DNA of 64,000 nt from Mobula hypostoma. Taxonomy: Eukaryota. The stretch spans positions 28,086,001-28,150,000 of the forward strand of contig NC_086124.1 in assembly GCF_963921235.1 (NCBI RefSeq), in the 5' to 3' direction. Under the pieces are notes generated by a model, which saw nothing but the letters and a program-made list of their open reading frames with translations, had not been told where the DNA came from and made no database searches. Numbering within the stretch: the stretch's first letter is position 1; each line of letters starts with the position of its first letter. The position numbers and the translations under genes are program-made. Below, in pieces: positions 12,535 through 25,405 of this stretch.

Positions 12535-15500
12535 AACATAGAACATAGACATAGAATAGTATAGCACAGTACAGGCCCTTCGGCCCACAATGTTTTGCCG
12601 ACCCTCAAACCCTGCCTCCCATATAAATCCCCACCTTAAATTCCTCCATATACCTGTCTAATAGTCTCTTAAACTTCACTAGTGTATCTGCCTCCACCAC
12701 TGATTCAGGCAGTGCATTCCACGCACCACCCACTCTCTGAGTAAAAAACCTTCCTCTAATCTCCCCCTTGAACTTCCCACCCCTTACATTAAAGCCATGT
12801 CCTCTTGTATTGAGCAGTGGTATCCTGGGGAAGAGGCTCTGGCTATCCACTCTATCTATTCCTCTTATTATCATGTACACCTCTATCATGTCTCCTCTCA
12901 TCCTCCTTCTCTCCAAAGAGTAAAGCCCTAACTCCCTTAATCTCTGGTCATAATGCAAACTCTCTAAACCAGGCAGCATCCTGGTAAATCTCCTCTGTAC
13001 CCTTTCCAATGCTTCCACATCCTTCCTATAATGAGGCGACCAGAACTGGACACAGTACTCCAAGTGTGGCCTAACCAGAGTTTTATAGAGCTGCAACATT
13101 AGATAGTGACTCTTAAACTCTATCCCTCGACTTATGAAAGCTAACACCCCATAAGCTTTCTTAACTACCCTAACTACCTGGACATGTACCCCAGATCCCT
13201 CTGCTCCTCCACACTACCAAGTATCCTGCCATTTACTTTGTACTCTGCCTTGGAGTTTGTCCTTCCAAAGTGTTCCATCTCACACTTCTCCGGGTTGAAC
13301 TCCTTCTGCCACTTCTCAGCCCACTTCTGCATCCTATCAATGTCTCTCTGCAATTTTCGACAATCCTCCACACTATCTACAACACCACCAACCTTTGCGT
13401 CGTCTGCAAACTTACCAACTCAACCTTCTACCCCCACATCCAGGTCGTTAATAAAAATCACGAAAAGTAGAGGTCCCAGCACAGTTCCTTGTGGGACACC
13501 AATCTGAATGTACTCCCTCCACCACGACCCACTAACTTCTGCAGGCAAGCCAATTCTGAATCCACCTAGCCAAACTTCCCTCGATCCCATGCCTTCTGAC
13601 TTTCTGAATAAGCCCACCGTGTGGAACCTTGTGAAATGCCTTACTAAAATCCATATAGATCACATCTACTGCACTACCCTCATCTATATGCCTGGTCATC
13701 TCCTCAAAGAACTCCATCAGGCTTGTTAGACACGATCTTCACAAAGCCATGCTGACAGTCCCTGATCAGACCATGATTCTCTAAATGCCCATAGATCCTA
13801 TCCCTAAGAATCTTTTCCAACAGCTTTCCCACCACAGACGTAAGGCTCACTGGTCTATAATTACCCGGACTATCCCTACTACCTTTTTTGAACAAGGGGA
13901 CAATATTCGCCTCCCTCCAATCCTCCAGTACTATTCCCGTGGACAACTAGGACATAAAGATCCTAGCCAGAGGCTCAGTAATCTCCTCCCTCTCCTCGTG
14001 CAGCAGCCTGGGGAATATTCCATCAGGCCCCGGGGACTTATCCGTCCTAATGTATTTTAACAACTCCAACACCTCCTCTCCCTTAATATCAACATGCTCC
14101 AGAACATCAAACACACTCATATTGTCCTTACCATTATCAAGTTCCCTCTCATTGGTCAATACCGAAGAGAAGTATTCATTGAGGACCTCGCTCACTTCCA
14201 CAGCCTCCAGGCACATCTTCCCATTTTTATCTCTAATTGGTCGTACATTCACTCCTGTCATCCTTTTTTCTTCACATAATTGAAGAACGCCTTGGGGTTT
14301 TCCTTTACCCGACTAACCAAGGCCTTCTCATGCCCCCTTCTTGCTCTTCTCAGACGCTTCTTAAGCTCCTTTCTTGCTTCCTTATCTTCCTCAATAGTCC
14401 CAACTGACATTTGCTTGCTAAACACCATGTATGCTGCTTTCTTCCGCCTGACTAGATTCTCCACCTCACTTGTCACCCATGGTTCCTTCACCCTACCATT
14501 CTTTATCTTCCTCACCGGGACAAATATATCCCTAACAACTTTCAAGAGATCTCCAAACATCGACCACATGTCCATAATACGTTTCCCAGGAAAAACATCA
14601 TCCTATTTCATACCCGCAAGTTCTAGCCTTATAGCCTCATAATTTGCCCTTCCCCAATTAAAACATTTCCTGTCCTCTCTGATTCTATCCTTTTCCATGA
14701 TAATGTTAAGGCCAGGGAGCGGTGGTCACTGTCCCCCAGATGCTCATCCATTGAGAGATCTGTGACCTGACCCGGTTCATTACCTAGTACTAGATCTAGT
14801 ATGGCATTCCCCCTAGTCGGCCTGTCCACATACTGTGACAGGAATCGGTCCTGGACACAATTAACAAACTCTGCCCAAAACTAACCCCTTGGAACTAATC
14901 AGGTGCCCATCAATATTAGGGAAGTTAAAGTCACGCATGATAACAACCCTGTTATTTTTGTACTTTTCCAAAATTTGCCTCCCAGTCTGATCCTCTGTAT
15001 CTCTGCTGCTACCAGGGGGCCTATAGAATACCCGCAATACAGTAACTGTTCCCTTCCTGTTCCTGACTTCAACCCATACTGACCCAAAAGAGGACCCTGC
15101 TACATTACCCACCATTTCTATAGCTGTAATAGTATCACTGACCAGTAATGCCACCCGTCCTTCCCTTTTCCCCCTTTCTCTATCCCTCTTAAAACACTGA
15201 AATCCAGGAATATTGAGAATCCAATCCTGCCCTAGTGCCAACCAAGTCTCTGTAATGGCCACTACATCATAATTCCATGTATGTATCCAAGCTCTCAGTT
15301 CATCACTTTTGTTCCTGATACTTCTTGCATTGAGTTGCACATACTTCAACCATTCTAACTTACTACCTTTACACCGTTTATTCTGCTTCTCTTTCGTCAA
15401 AGCCTTTCCATACGTTAGATCCGGCTTTAATCCGTGCACTTCTTTCACTGCTCTATCGGTCCGGGTCCCATCCCCCTTGCAAATTAGTTTAATCCCTCCA

Positions 15501-16130
15501 GAACCACGCTAGCAAACCTACCTGCAAGGATATTGCTCCCCCTCGAGTTCAGGTGCAACCCATGTAATCTGTGTAGGTCCCACCTTCCCCAGAAGAGATC
15601 CCAATGATCCAAAAATCTAAAACCCTGCTTCCTGCACCAACTCCTCAGCCACGCATTCAACTGCCATCTCCTCCAATTCTTACAATCACTGTCACGTAGC
15701 ACTGGCAGCAATCCTGAGAACGCCACCCTTGAGGTCCTGTTCTTCAGCCTTCTGCCTAGTTCCCGAAACTGACACTTCAGGACCTCATCCCTCTTCCTGC
15801 CTATGTCGTTGGTCCCAACATGTATCACGACCTCTGGTTGCTTTCCCTCTCGTACCAGGATGCCGTGCACCCTGTCAGAGACATCCCGGACCCTGGCACC
15901 CGGGAGGCAACAAACCATGCGGGTGTCCTTCTCACGTCTACAAAACCTCCTGTCGGCTCCCCTGACTATAGAGTCTCCAATGACGACAGCTCTCCTTTTC
16001 TCCGTCCCACCCTTCTGCACCACCGGGTCAGACACAGTGCCGCAGGCCCCGCCACCGTGGCTCACACCTGGTCGGTCGTCCCCGCCAGCAGTATCCAGGA
16101 CGGTACACTTATTATTCAGGGGAATGGCTA
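12535..16130 (-). mobile_element. CR1 LINE, near full length: ORF1 SGNH esterase part plus ORF2 APE endonuclease and RT, with multiple frameshifts
   Basis: KRRAVVIGDSIVRG..VIHVGTND..LHLN (15484-16065); QLNARSI..AITETWL..VIMRDFNFP; PGNYRPVSLTSVVGKLLE; YMDFSKAFHKVPH; GVPQGTVLGPLLF; YKTLVRPHLEYCVQFWSP; (TTCTATG)n-like tail at 12535-12560. Confidence 0.9.
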
Positions 16131-16134
16131 AGGT

Positions 16135-16215
16135 CTGGAGTAGGCTGTTGCCCGGTTAATGTCTGGAGTAGGTTGCTGCATGGTTCATGTCTGGAGTAGG
16201 CTGTCATGGTTGATT
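16135..16215. repeat. About 28-bp tandem repeat, 3 copies
   Basis: gtctggagtagg(c/t)tg..ggtt(a/c)at occurs three times next to the CR1 5' truncation. Confidence 0.7.
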
Positions 16216-16554
16216 ATGCTTGCCAAATATAGCGAGCCGCTTTGTTTTTCTTGTTTGTGATCTCCTTATGAGAAGACTGCTCGCACGGTATATTTTATCG
16301 GTTAAAGGTGATAGGTGTGTCGGATGTTTTTTTTATTCAAAAGAAAGACCCATAGGAAACCCACTCATTCCAAGGGAAGAAGGTACGACTCGTTATAGAA
16401 GACGCCGGGATTGAACAGATAAAGCCGGCGCCTTGAGCTGGAATAGCGTCGCGCTGACTGCTACGCTGTTGTTATCTGATTGGTGAAGGCTTCTTGTAGA
16501 TGGCGGTGTGGAATTAGGTAATTTTAAGTCATTTATCACTATTCAAATGCGCAT

Positions 16555-17230
16555 TTACTTTATGAGCCCAGTAGGTAAGATCAATTATGAAGAAAGCACG
16601 GCAGGCGCTTTACTTCCTTGGGAGTTTTCGAAGACTCTGTATGACTTAACAAACTTCTGTAGATTATTTTTGCATGCATCACACCTTGATATGAAATTAC
16701 CAGTACCCTTGAATGGAGTATCCTACAGAAAGTAATGGATATGGCCCAGTCCATCGGGGGTAAAGCCCTCCCCGCCCACTGGGCACATCTACAAAGAGCG
16801 CTGTTACAGAAAAGCAACATCCATCATCAATGACCATCCACACCCCCGCTCTCGCCCCCACACCACCATGATCTCTTTTAACTGCTACCATCAGGTAGAA
16901 GGTACAAGAGCCTCAGGACTTGGACCAACATGTTCAAGATCAGGTTCTTGAACAAAAGGCGACAATTGCCCATCCATTGAGATGCGTCTACAACCAATAA
17001 TCTCTGTTTAAGGACTCTTTATCTCGTTATCTCATGTTCTGGTTATTTATCGTTATTTCTTTATATTTGCATTCAGTTTGTTGTCTTCTGCGCTTTTGCT
17101 GATCTTGCATTAATCCTGTTGCAGTTACTATTCGATAGATTTGTTGAGTATGCCCTCAGGAAAATGAATCTGAGGGCTGCATGTAGTGACCTGTATGTAC
17201 TTTGATAATAAATTTACTTTGATCTTTGAA
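16555..17230 (+). mobile_element. Rex/Babar-type LINE 3' end
   Basis: KKARQALYF..LQKVMDMAQSIGGKALP..LLPSGRRYKSLRTWTNMFK, then a 3' UTR ending aataaatttactttgatctttgaac. Confidence 0.6.
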
Positions 17231-18326
17231 CTTTAAACTTGATCTTTGCTTTCAATTAAGTGTAGTACGGTGCACTTCTTACCAGAATTGCATATGTTCG
17301 CAAAGCGTGCTGAATCCTGTTTTCGGTGATGAAAATATATCCTTAGAAGTTTTATCTATGTTCTGTATGTTCTTATATATGTTGGTTACTCCTTTTTCCT
17401 AGGCGATGTTAATCTAACCGCATTCGAGTGTACATAGTGTTTTCTAAAATTTATCATTTCAGGACTTTGTAACAATTCCAGATTAGTTTCGGACCAAGAT
17501 ATTATGTCAAGAGGATACGTTAGTCTAGGTATAATTAAAGTGTTTATTGCCTTTCTTATATGTTTACATTGAGCTCTGTTTGGCAGATTTTCTTAAGGCT
17601 TGAAACAATTTTTTCCAAAGTTTTTTCTTCTTTTCTCACACTATAGTTTATTTTCTTTGCTTGTTGATATTCCAGAAACTTACGTGTTTCATATTGAAAC
17701 GTCGTCTGTATTTTATTCTGTTGCTCTGTTTTATATTCTAGTGAGTCAGTTGCACATTCCTTGATGTTTCATGCTCTGCACTATTCATGTCCTCAGTTCA
17801 TATTTAAATCTTTCGAAAATAGCTCAAAGGTGTATAGACGGTATGTCAATGAAGAATTCGTTTGGTTGTCTCTGATTTTATACCCTACTTTCGTCCAGTT
17901 CAATAAATTAATAAATTAGAGCGCGGGTTTGAAGCTCTAGTAGGCCTAGAGAATCGCCCGAGGGGAAAAGAAAAATGTCTCGGTCTAGTTTGTTACTGGT
18001 GGTTTACTTTTTGTTGCTAATAGATAGTGTGTTTATAGTACGCCAATACTTCATCAGATGTTGTCAGAATTTCACAAATATTCGTTGTATATGAAGAACT
18101 TCTATTAACCATGAGTGTGGGACAGAACCAATAATCAATATAACAACTTGAAAGATATCTGCTTTTTTTCCCTGCTTGAGTTAGAATTACAGAATCTATT
18201 ATCAGTTGTTTTTACATCCTTTCACAGCCTTGCCGCATCCTTTCTTCACTTTTGTAAGTATATTGTGGTTATCTAACTGAGTGGTGATTGGTTGCAAGAC
18301 GCATGATGTTACAACTTTATATATAG

Positions 18327-18812
18327 TTTGTAAACAAGTACTGTACCTTCTTACCTTCGCCAGCAAGCGGCGATTTTGACTGGTTTGATGGCATTTTAAC
18401 CCCTTTCCTCCCGTTCTTTCTGATACTGCTGCTCAATGTTCTGACGGTCAGGCGGATTTTAGCGGCCAGTCGTGTCCGCAGGGGACTCCGCGGCCCTAAG
18501 GATGGAGAGAATGACAAAGATCCGGAGATGGAAAACCGAAAAAAATCTATCGTTTTGCTCTTCAGTATAACCAGCAGTTTCATCTTGCTGTGGATGACGA
18601 AGGTTGTGTTCAACATTTACAGACGAGTGGCAGGCGTAATTTATTTATCTTATTCTGACCCAAATTATATGGCTGAAACAAGTGCATTTATGCTGCAAAT
18701 TCTCGGTTCCTACACCAACACGTGTATTTATATCTTAACACAGAGAAGATTCCGAGAGGAGCTGAAGAACGGTATAAGTTATCCATTGAATATACTTGTT
18801 CAATTAACTTAG
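18327..18812 (+). pseudogene. 3' remnant (ECL2/TM5-TM7) of the second GPR139-like gene; TM1-TM4 missing
   Basis: Open frame FDWFDGILTPFLPFFLILLLNVLTVRRILAASRVRRGLRG..DPEMENRKKSIVLLF..LQILGSYTNTCIYILTQRRFREELKN..*. In-frame TAG at 18324 and no upstream TM1-4 coding found. Confidence 0.8.
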
Positions 18813-19310
18813 AGCAAAGTACTTATGTTCAACTGTGTACAAGTCGTGCAATGACTTTACCTCTGAGAATTCAAGATAACAGACCTGCAGTCTGTATTAA
18901 ACAGAACGGCTGAAAATAAACAGGATACCTTTTTGGTTCCTTGGCTCGAAACCTATCAGGCAGCATCTTTGTTCCTCGGCATTGCTGTGGGACCGTCTTT
19001 CTGTGGAAGTGTTCACACTAGGAAGAAAATAACTGAGGTGGGACGTAGCGTGGTGAAGTCAAGCGAGCTGCTGGATTCCTGCTCCCAAGTCGGAGACAGA
19101 GGCTTTACCCATTTTCAATACCTCCGCTCTGTATCTTGTTTGAATGACTTATTTTTCCCCATGTATCATTCTTCCCATCCCTTCTTTCCATCCTGAACAT
19201 CTACCGCCGAAATCTTTTTCTGTGCCTCCGGCTTTAGGATTCTTTCCAACAATTTGGGTTATCGCCTCTGTCGCTGCCACTTGGCCTTTCTATATCCACG
19301 GTCTCCGCAG

Positions 19311-20100
19311 TGGAATTAGTTTGGGGACTGACACAGGGCTGTGGGGATGGTGTGGGGTAGTGGGATTAGTTTAGGGACTGACGCAAGGCTGTGGGGAGAG
19401 AGTGGGGCAATGGCTAAGTTTGGGGTCTGACGGGGTTGTGGGGAGAGAGCGGGTCAGTGGGATCAGCTTAGGGACAGACACAGGGTCGTGGTGAGGGGTG
19501 GGGCAGTGTTATTCGTTGTGAAGTGACACGGGTCTGTGCAGACTGGGCAGGGCAGTGTGGTACGTTTGGAGACTGGTACGGGGCTGTGGCAATAGTGGGG
19601 CAGTGGGGATTCGTTCAGGGACGGAAACGGGACTGTGGTTAGGGGGTGAAGCGGTGGGATGGGTTGATGGGCTGACACCAGGTTGTGGGAAGAGAGCAGG
19701 ACAATGTGGTCTGCTTGTGGGCTGACTCAGGGCTGCGGCGAGAGAGTGGGGAAGTGGGTTTACTTGAGGAACAAGCAGAGAGCTGTGGTAAAAGAGTTAG
19801 TATGGTTAGTTTGGAAACAGACAAAGGATTGTGGCGAGAGTGGGGCAGTAGGATTAGTTCAGGGTCTGTCACATGGCTGTAGGTGAGAGTGGGACAGTGT
19901 AGTGCATTTGGGGACTAAGTCAGAGCTGTGTCGAGACAGTAGGACGTGAGATTAGTTCAGAGACAGACATAGCTGTGGGGAGGCAGTTGGGCAGTGGGAT
20001 TAGTTCAGGGACTGATACAGGAAGTGGCGAGAGTGTGGTACGGTCGGAATATTTTGGGGTCTAACACAGATCTGTGGGGACAATGGGATTGTGTCAGGAG
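19311..20100. repeat. Degenerate G-rich minisatellite, unit about 50 bp, roughly 15 copies
   Basis: Recurring gtgggattagtt(c/t)agggactgacacagggctgtggggagagagtggggca. Confidence 0.8.
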
Positions 20101-20229
20101 ACAGTTGCACCCATTAGATAAAATACTTCATATTTGTTTATGTGGCGAGTGACACGAGGTTTAATTGTGAGTGAGGAATGGAAGTGGATCTAAAAGGTAG
20201 TGCAGGGGGGAGTCTCAGCTCTTGAGCTC

Positions 20230-21070
20230 GCCAGCAGGTCTGAACTTCCTGCTCCTTGTGAAGATGGAAGGGGGGCCGTAGGGATGTATGCTCGAGATCC
20301 TCCCTGTCGCAAGCATTGAGAGCCCTGAAGGCTGCGTTCTCTGCCTGGTGCCCGGGAACACAACATCTCATCTGACCTATGGAGTAATTTGGAGTGGAAG
20401 GGGAAAGATCTAGTGGCTGTAGTCCAGCTGGATAACTACAGTGCAGGACAAACAAGGACAGGGGTTCCGATGGGTAAATTCGAGCAGCTTGGGACTAAAT
20501 TAAAATGCAGAACCCAAAAGTTAATAAGCGCTAGATTCTTCCCTGAGCCACTTACAAATTGGCACTGGGGTGATAAGATCAGAGAGTTCAATGTGTCGCT
20601 CTCAGCTGAATTCCTGGGGCATTGGAACCAGTATTGTGGAAGGTGGGGGCTGTGGAGATGGGACGGGCTTCCCCTGAATCATGCCGGGACCAGGGTCCTG
20701 GCAAATCACATAACTAGGGAAGTGGATAGGGTTATGAACTAAATAGTAGAGGGTTGCGTTAAACGTCACGGCAAAGTAAGGGTCAAGTAAAAGTGAAGGA
20801 GAGTGCAGGAGCGGTTACACAAGTCGTCAGCATACAGAAGACCAAACCATTTAGAAAGAGATAAGAATTTAACTTCTGGTAAGATCGAGTCAAAGTTGAT
20901 ACGGGTGACCAATACAGGCCTGAATGTGTTATATCTGAATGCACGCAGTATACGTTATAAGGTCGATGATCTTGTAGCACAGTTAGAGATTCGCAGGCAT
21001 GAAACTGTGGGCATCACGGAGTTGTGGCTGAAAGAAAATCAGAGCTGAGAGCTAAACATCCAATGGTACA
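20230..21070 (+). mobile_element. CR1 fragment (ORF1 esterase end to ORF2 endonuclease start)
   Basis: ..DGLPLNHAGTRVLAN.., then GLNVLYLNARSIRYKVDDL..VGITELWL. Confidence 0.75.
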
Positions 21071-21103
21071 ATCAAAATTTGCAGATGCTGGAAATCCAAG
21101 CTA

Positions 21104-21256
21104 CACACACAAAATGCTGAAGAAACTCAGCAGGGCAAGCAGCGTCAATGGAAAATAGTGCAGTCGACGTTTTGGTCCGAGACCCGAAACATCAACTGTA
21201 CCTTTTATCCATAGGTGCTGCCTGGCCTGCTGAGTTCCTTCAGCATTTTGTGTGTG
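21104..21256. repeat. Head-to-head inverted pair of PLE tails fused at the hammerhead
   Basis: cacacacaaaatgctgaagaaactcagcagg..cagtcgacgtttt versus gaaacatcaactg..cctgctgagttccttcagcattttgtgtgtg. Confidence 0.7.
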
Positions 21257-22539
21257 ATCCAAGGGTGCATATCGTGTCGGCAAAACAGCCAAATGAGCAG
21301 AGAGTGTGGGCAGACTCCAATGGTAAAAATGATAATAAATCTCTTGCAGGTTGTCCCCTCTCACTGTACAAGTTCTGCATTTGTTTGACTTTCCAGAATA
21401 CATCATTTTGTCATCCACAACCTTGGTGATGAGGCCTGTTGCATTTGTAACCAACCCTGTGGCACACCACTAGTCACTAGCCGTCATTCCCAGAGACAAC
21501 TGTCAACCCCAACTCGTTAATTCGTATCTGCACTTACCTGCACTGCGCATTCTCTGTTGCTATGGCATTTTGTTCTGAATTCCTTTATTGTTTTACCTTG
21601 TTGTACCTCAATGCAACATGTAATAATTTTATCTACATAAATGCTATGCAAGACGAGCTTGTTTTATACCGTGGTACATGTGACAATAGTAAAACAACGT
21701 ATGAATGCTTTTATGCACCTCTACAAGGTTACCCCATATTCTCCTCCGCCGCAAGAAAGAACGACCCCACCTGCGCAACTCCCTCTATAGCTCAGTCCTT
21801 CGAGTTCCGGCGACACCCTCGGTTCGATCTGCCCTCTTCCCACCATAATGTCACGAGGGGGTTGTATAGGGAACAATCAACTGGTGACTCCCTGGTTCAG
21901 TCCCACCGCCCGCCGTCCTTCTTCCGACACTTTCCCTTTCAAACACAATATCCTCCAAGGGATCATGAGACAGAGGAGCAGAATTCCGTCATTTCTCCAA
22001 TCGAGTGTGCTGCGCCATTCCATGGTAACCCTCTCGGCGCCGTTCTCCGGACTCCTCCCCATAACCTTTGATGACCTTACTTATGAAGAACCTCTCAGCA
22101 TCCGCTCTAAATCCATCAATGACTTGACTCCACAGACCTAGTGGCAATGATTTCCACACAATCCTCACCCTCTGGAAATTCCTCCTCATCAAAGGGACGT
22201 CCTGCTATTCTGAAGCTGTGACCTACGATCCTAGACTCGCTCGCTACAGGAAAAATCCTTTCCACGTCCACTCTCTCTACGTTCTTTCAGTATTCGGTAA
22301 GTTACAATGAGATTCACCTCTCATTCTTTTAATCTCCAGCGAATATGGGCCCAGAGCTCCTCATTAATTAACCCTTTCATTCCTGAAGAGGTTCGCTACC
22401 ATTCTTGTGAACTTCTCCTGGGGCTTCTCTAATGTCAGCTCATTCTTTCTTTGAAAGGGGGCCTGAAACTGTTGACAATACTCCAAACTCTCTCCATTGC
22501 ACAATCCAGGGACCTGAACCCTCCTTCCAGAATCAGAAT

Positions 22540-23040
22540 CAAATCAGGTTTAATATCGCCGGCGTATGTCGTGAACTCTGATAACTTTGAGGCTGCAGTA
22601 CAATGCAATACAAAAATGAGCTGAGGTAGTGTTCATGGGTTCAGTGTCCATTTAGAAATCGGATGGCAGAGGGGAAGAAGCTGCCCCTGATTCGCTGAGT
22701 GCGTGCCTTCAGGCTCCTGTATCTCCTTCCTGACGGTAACAGTGAGAAAAGGGCGTGTCCTGGGTGGTGGGGGTCCTTGATGATGGAAGCCACTTTTTGA
22801 GGTACCGCTCCTTGAAGATGCCTTGGATTCTACAGAGGCTGGTACACGTGATGGAGCTGACTAATTTTATAATCCTCTGCAGCCTACTTCAATCCTGTGC
22901 AGTAGCCCCCTTCTCCATATCAGACAGTAGTGCAGCCAGTCAGAAAGCTCTCCACGGTGCATCTGTAGAGGTTTCCGAGTGTTTTCGGTGACAGACCAAA
23001 TGTCCTCAAACTTGTGATAAAATATAGCCGCTGATGAAAT
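22540..23040 (-). mobile_element. Rex/Babar-type LINE 3' fragment
   Basis: aatcagaatcaaatcaggtttaatatc tail; minus strand YHKFEDIWS..FYRCTVESFLTGC-like. Confidence 0.55.
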
Positions 23041-24532
23041 CAGATCCTGATGTGATATAGCTCCTATTGAAATATAGCCCAGGTGAAGTAACGAGTCCAC
23101 TGTATTCGGTGTTCACTCTGTGGTCTCCTCTGCGCTGGATGAACCAAACGCAGACTGTGATCAGTGGCTGCATTCAGTTGGCGGGAGTGACCAGAGACCT
23201 CGCGGTGCCCATTCCTGTCACTGGGGCAGCCCCCAGTCTGCTGAAGGGAAGTCAGTGGCTTGAGTAGAAACGAGAGAGGGATGACCGGTGACGGACGCTC
23301 TCATTTCTAGAGAACTAGAACATAAAATAAAGGGGTAATGCGGAGTTTGGGGCCATTTATCGAAGAAAGGATGTGTTGGAATCATAAATCCTGAACTGCA
23401 TCCCAACTATATAACATAAACCCCAATCCCTAAATTAAATACTGAACTGGGGTGTATGTGGTGTCTAGGGAGGGGTAGCAGCTCTGGTGGGGGGGGGCTG
23501 CCGTGCCCTTTTTAGGACAGCTCTTCCACCTTTGGTCCCCACCTGGCGCTCAGCTCTCACCTGTAGCTCCAAGTAGCTGTAACACGCGCAGCGGCCGCAT
23601 CCAGGTAAACCATCTCGGCAGCCGGGCCAAACCAGGTGAGGGTAGCCGACGGGTCTTCGACCCTCGGTGAGGTAGGTGATCTGCCTGTCCCAGCGTGCGA
23701 AGTCTGGCCATGGCGGATTGAGCGGAAGAGACCAATTAATAGTCCAACGGTCAAGAAAGCAGGCCAGCAGGCATGGTGGAGGGCGAAGAGCACGACAAGG
23801 CGCTGAGACGTCCTGGTCAGCCACTGCAAGAGGTGGTGATCTCTTTAATCTCATCCGGCAGAAGACAAAGGCAAACCATCGCAGTAACCTGCCACGAACA
23901 TGATTTCCCAATATGTCAGAGCGGCGCAGAGGGAAATCATTCGCCAACTGGAAGTTCCAGATGCGACCTAACGACGAAATCCTGAACTATACCCCAAATG
24001 TATAACACTAACCCCAATCCTGAAACTAAATCTTCAAATATACCTCAAATTTGCAGTACCAGCCCCAAACACTAAACCAAATCCTGAACTATACCCTAAA
24101 GTTATAACACTAATCCTAATCCCTAAACTAATACCCCAAATTTATAATAGATGTAAGGAGTAACATGACGACTGGAGCACAGGTAAGATAAGGGTCCGGA
24201 TCAGGGTCAAGAATTGAGCTTCTGGATCAGGGAACAAGGGCTTAGGGTTAGTGATGTGGGTTACTGTTAAACTGAGGTATGAGTAATGATTTAGAGTTCG
24301 ACATGAATTATTTCCACAGGTCAGGAACTGTTTAGTGTTAGGGATTATGGTTAGCTTTACAAGTCAGGCTTTACTGGAGAACAAGGGTAGTGCTTAGGGA
24401 TTGGTGTGACAGTTATGGGTTGAGACTTGTGTTTATGAGCAATTGATATTTAGGAATTAAGGTTAATTAGGAATGGATTCAACGTATTTAGGATTATGGT
24501 TTGTGTCAAGTACAGGGGTTGGGATTGAGACA

Positions 24533-24537
<5 letters not shown>

Positions 24538-24581
<44 letters not shown>
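24538..24581. repeat. (CT)n(CA)n compound microsatellite
   Basis: Direct reading. Confidence 0.95.
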
Positions 24582-24582
<1 letters not shown>

Positions 24583-25405
24583 GTTTTTATACAGAATTGA
24601 CTCACTGTTACGGATATTGACCATTCGATAAACTATGTATGTTTGAACCCCCCTATGTGCAAGAACAATATAGGTGATAAAAGTCATTAGAAACTACAAT
24701 CTAGCAATAGATGATACTTTCAAGCTCGTAAACATTTGTCCCTTAGTTGGTGTGTGTCTTGGATCACTGATCACACCTCCAAACTCCTGGTTTTCAAAGG
24801 GAAATTTTCTTCAAATACCTTTTTTTATGCCTGGGCCGTCTGCACTCTATTTGCAATCTAAAGTTGCCTGGATGTTATGTTAACCCAGGTGGCAATGAAT
24901 TTCACAGATGCACCAACAGCTGGCTAAAGAAATTCATCGCCATCTCTGTTCTACAGGGACATCCTGTATTCTGAAGCTATACCCTTCGCCCCTAGACTCA
25001 CCCACTACAGGAAACATCACATCCAGGTTTTCCATCAGCAGAGGAACTGGCAGTGATATCCTGATATCACGGAGGATTGAAAATTCTACGTTTATAGTAA
25101 ATGTACCCAATGCAAATATTGAATTAAACGCTGTTAAATCTTGAATTGAAACCTACATCCACCATTTCCGCTGTCTATTCGTTCCACACTGGCACCAGTC
25201 TCTGAGTGAAGAAATTCCCCTTAAACATTTCACCTTACACCCCTAACCCATGACCCATGACCTCTAGTTTAAGTCACCCAACCTCAATGAGGAAAATGCT
25301 TGTATTTACCTTAACCATGCCACTTATAATTTATAATTCTATCAAATTTCCCCTCATGCTCCTGCACTGCACAGACTAAAGTCCTAACCTATACCGCCTT
25401 TCCCT

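Noticed and set aside
24230-24450. Interstitial telomere array
   Set aside because: Only scattered, degenerate TTAGGG-like words occur, with no tandem run.
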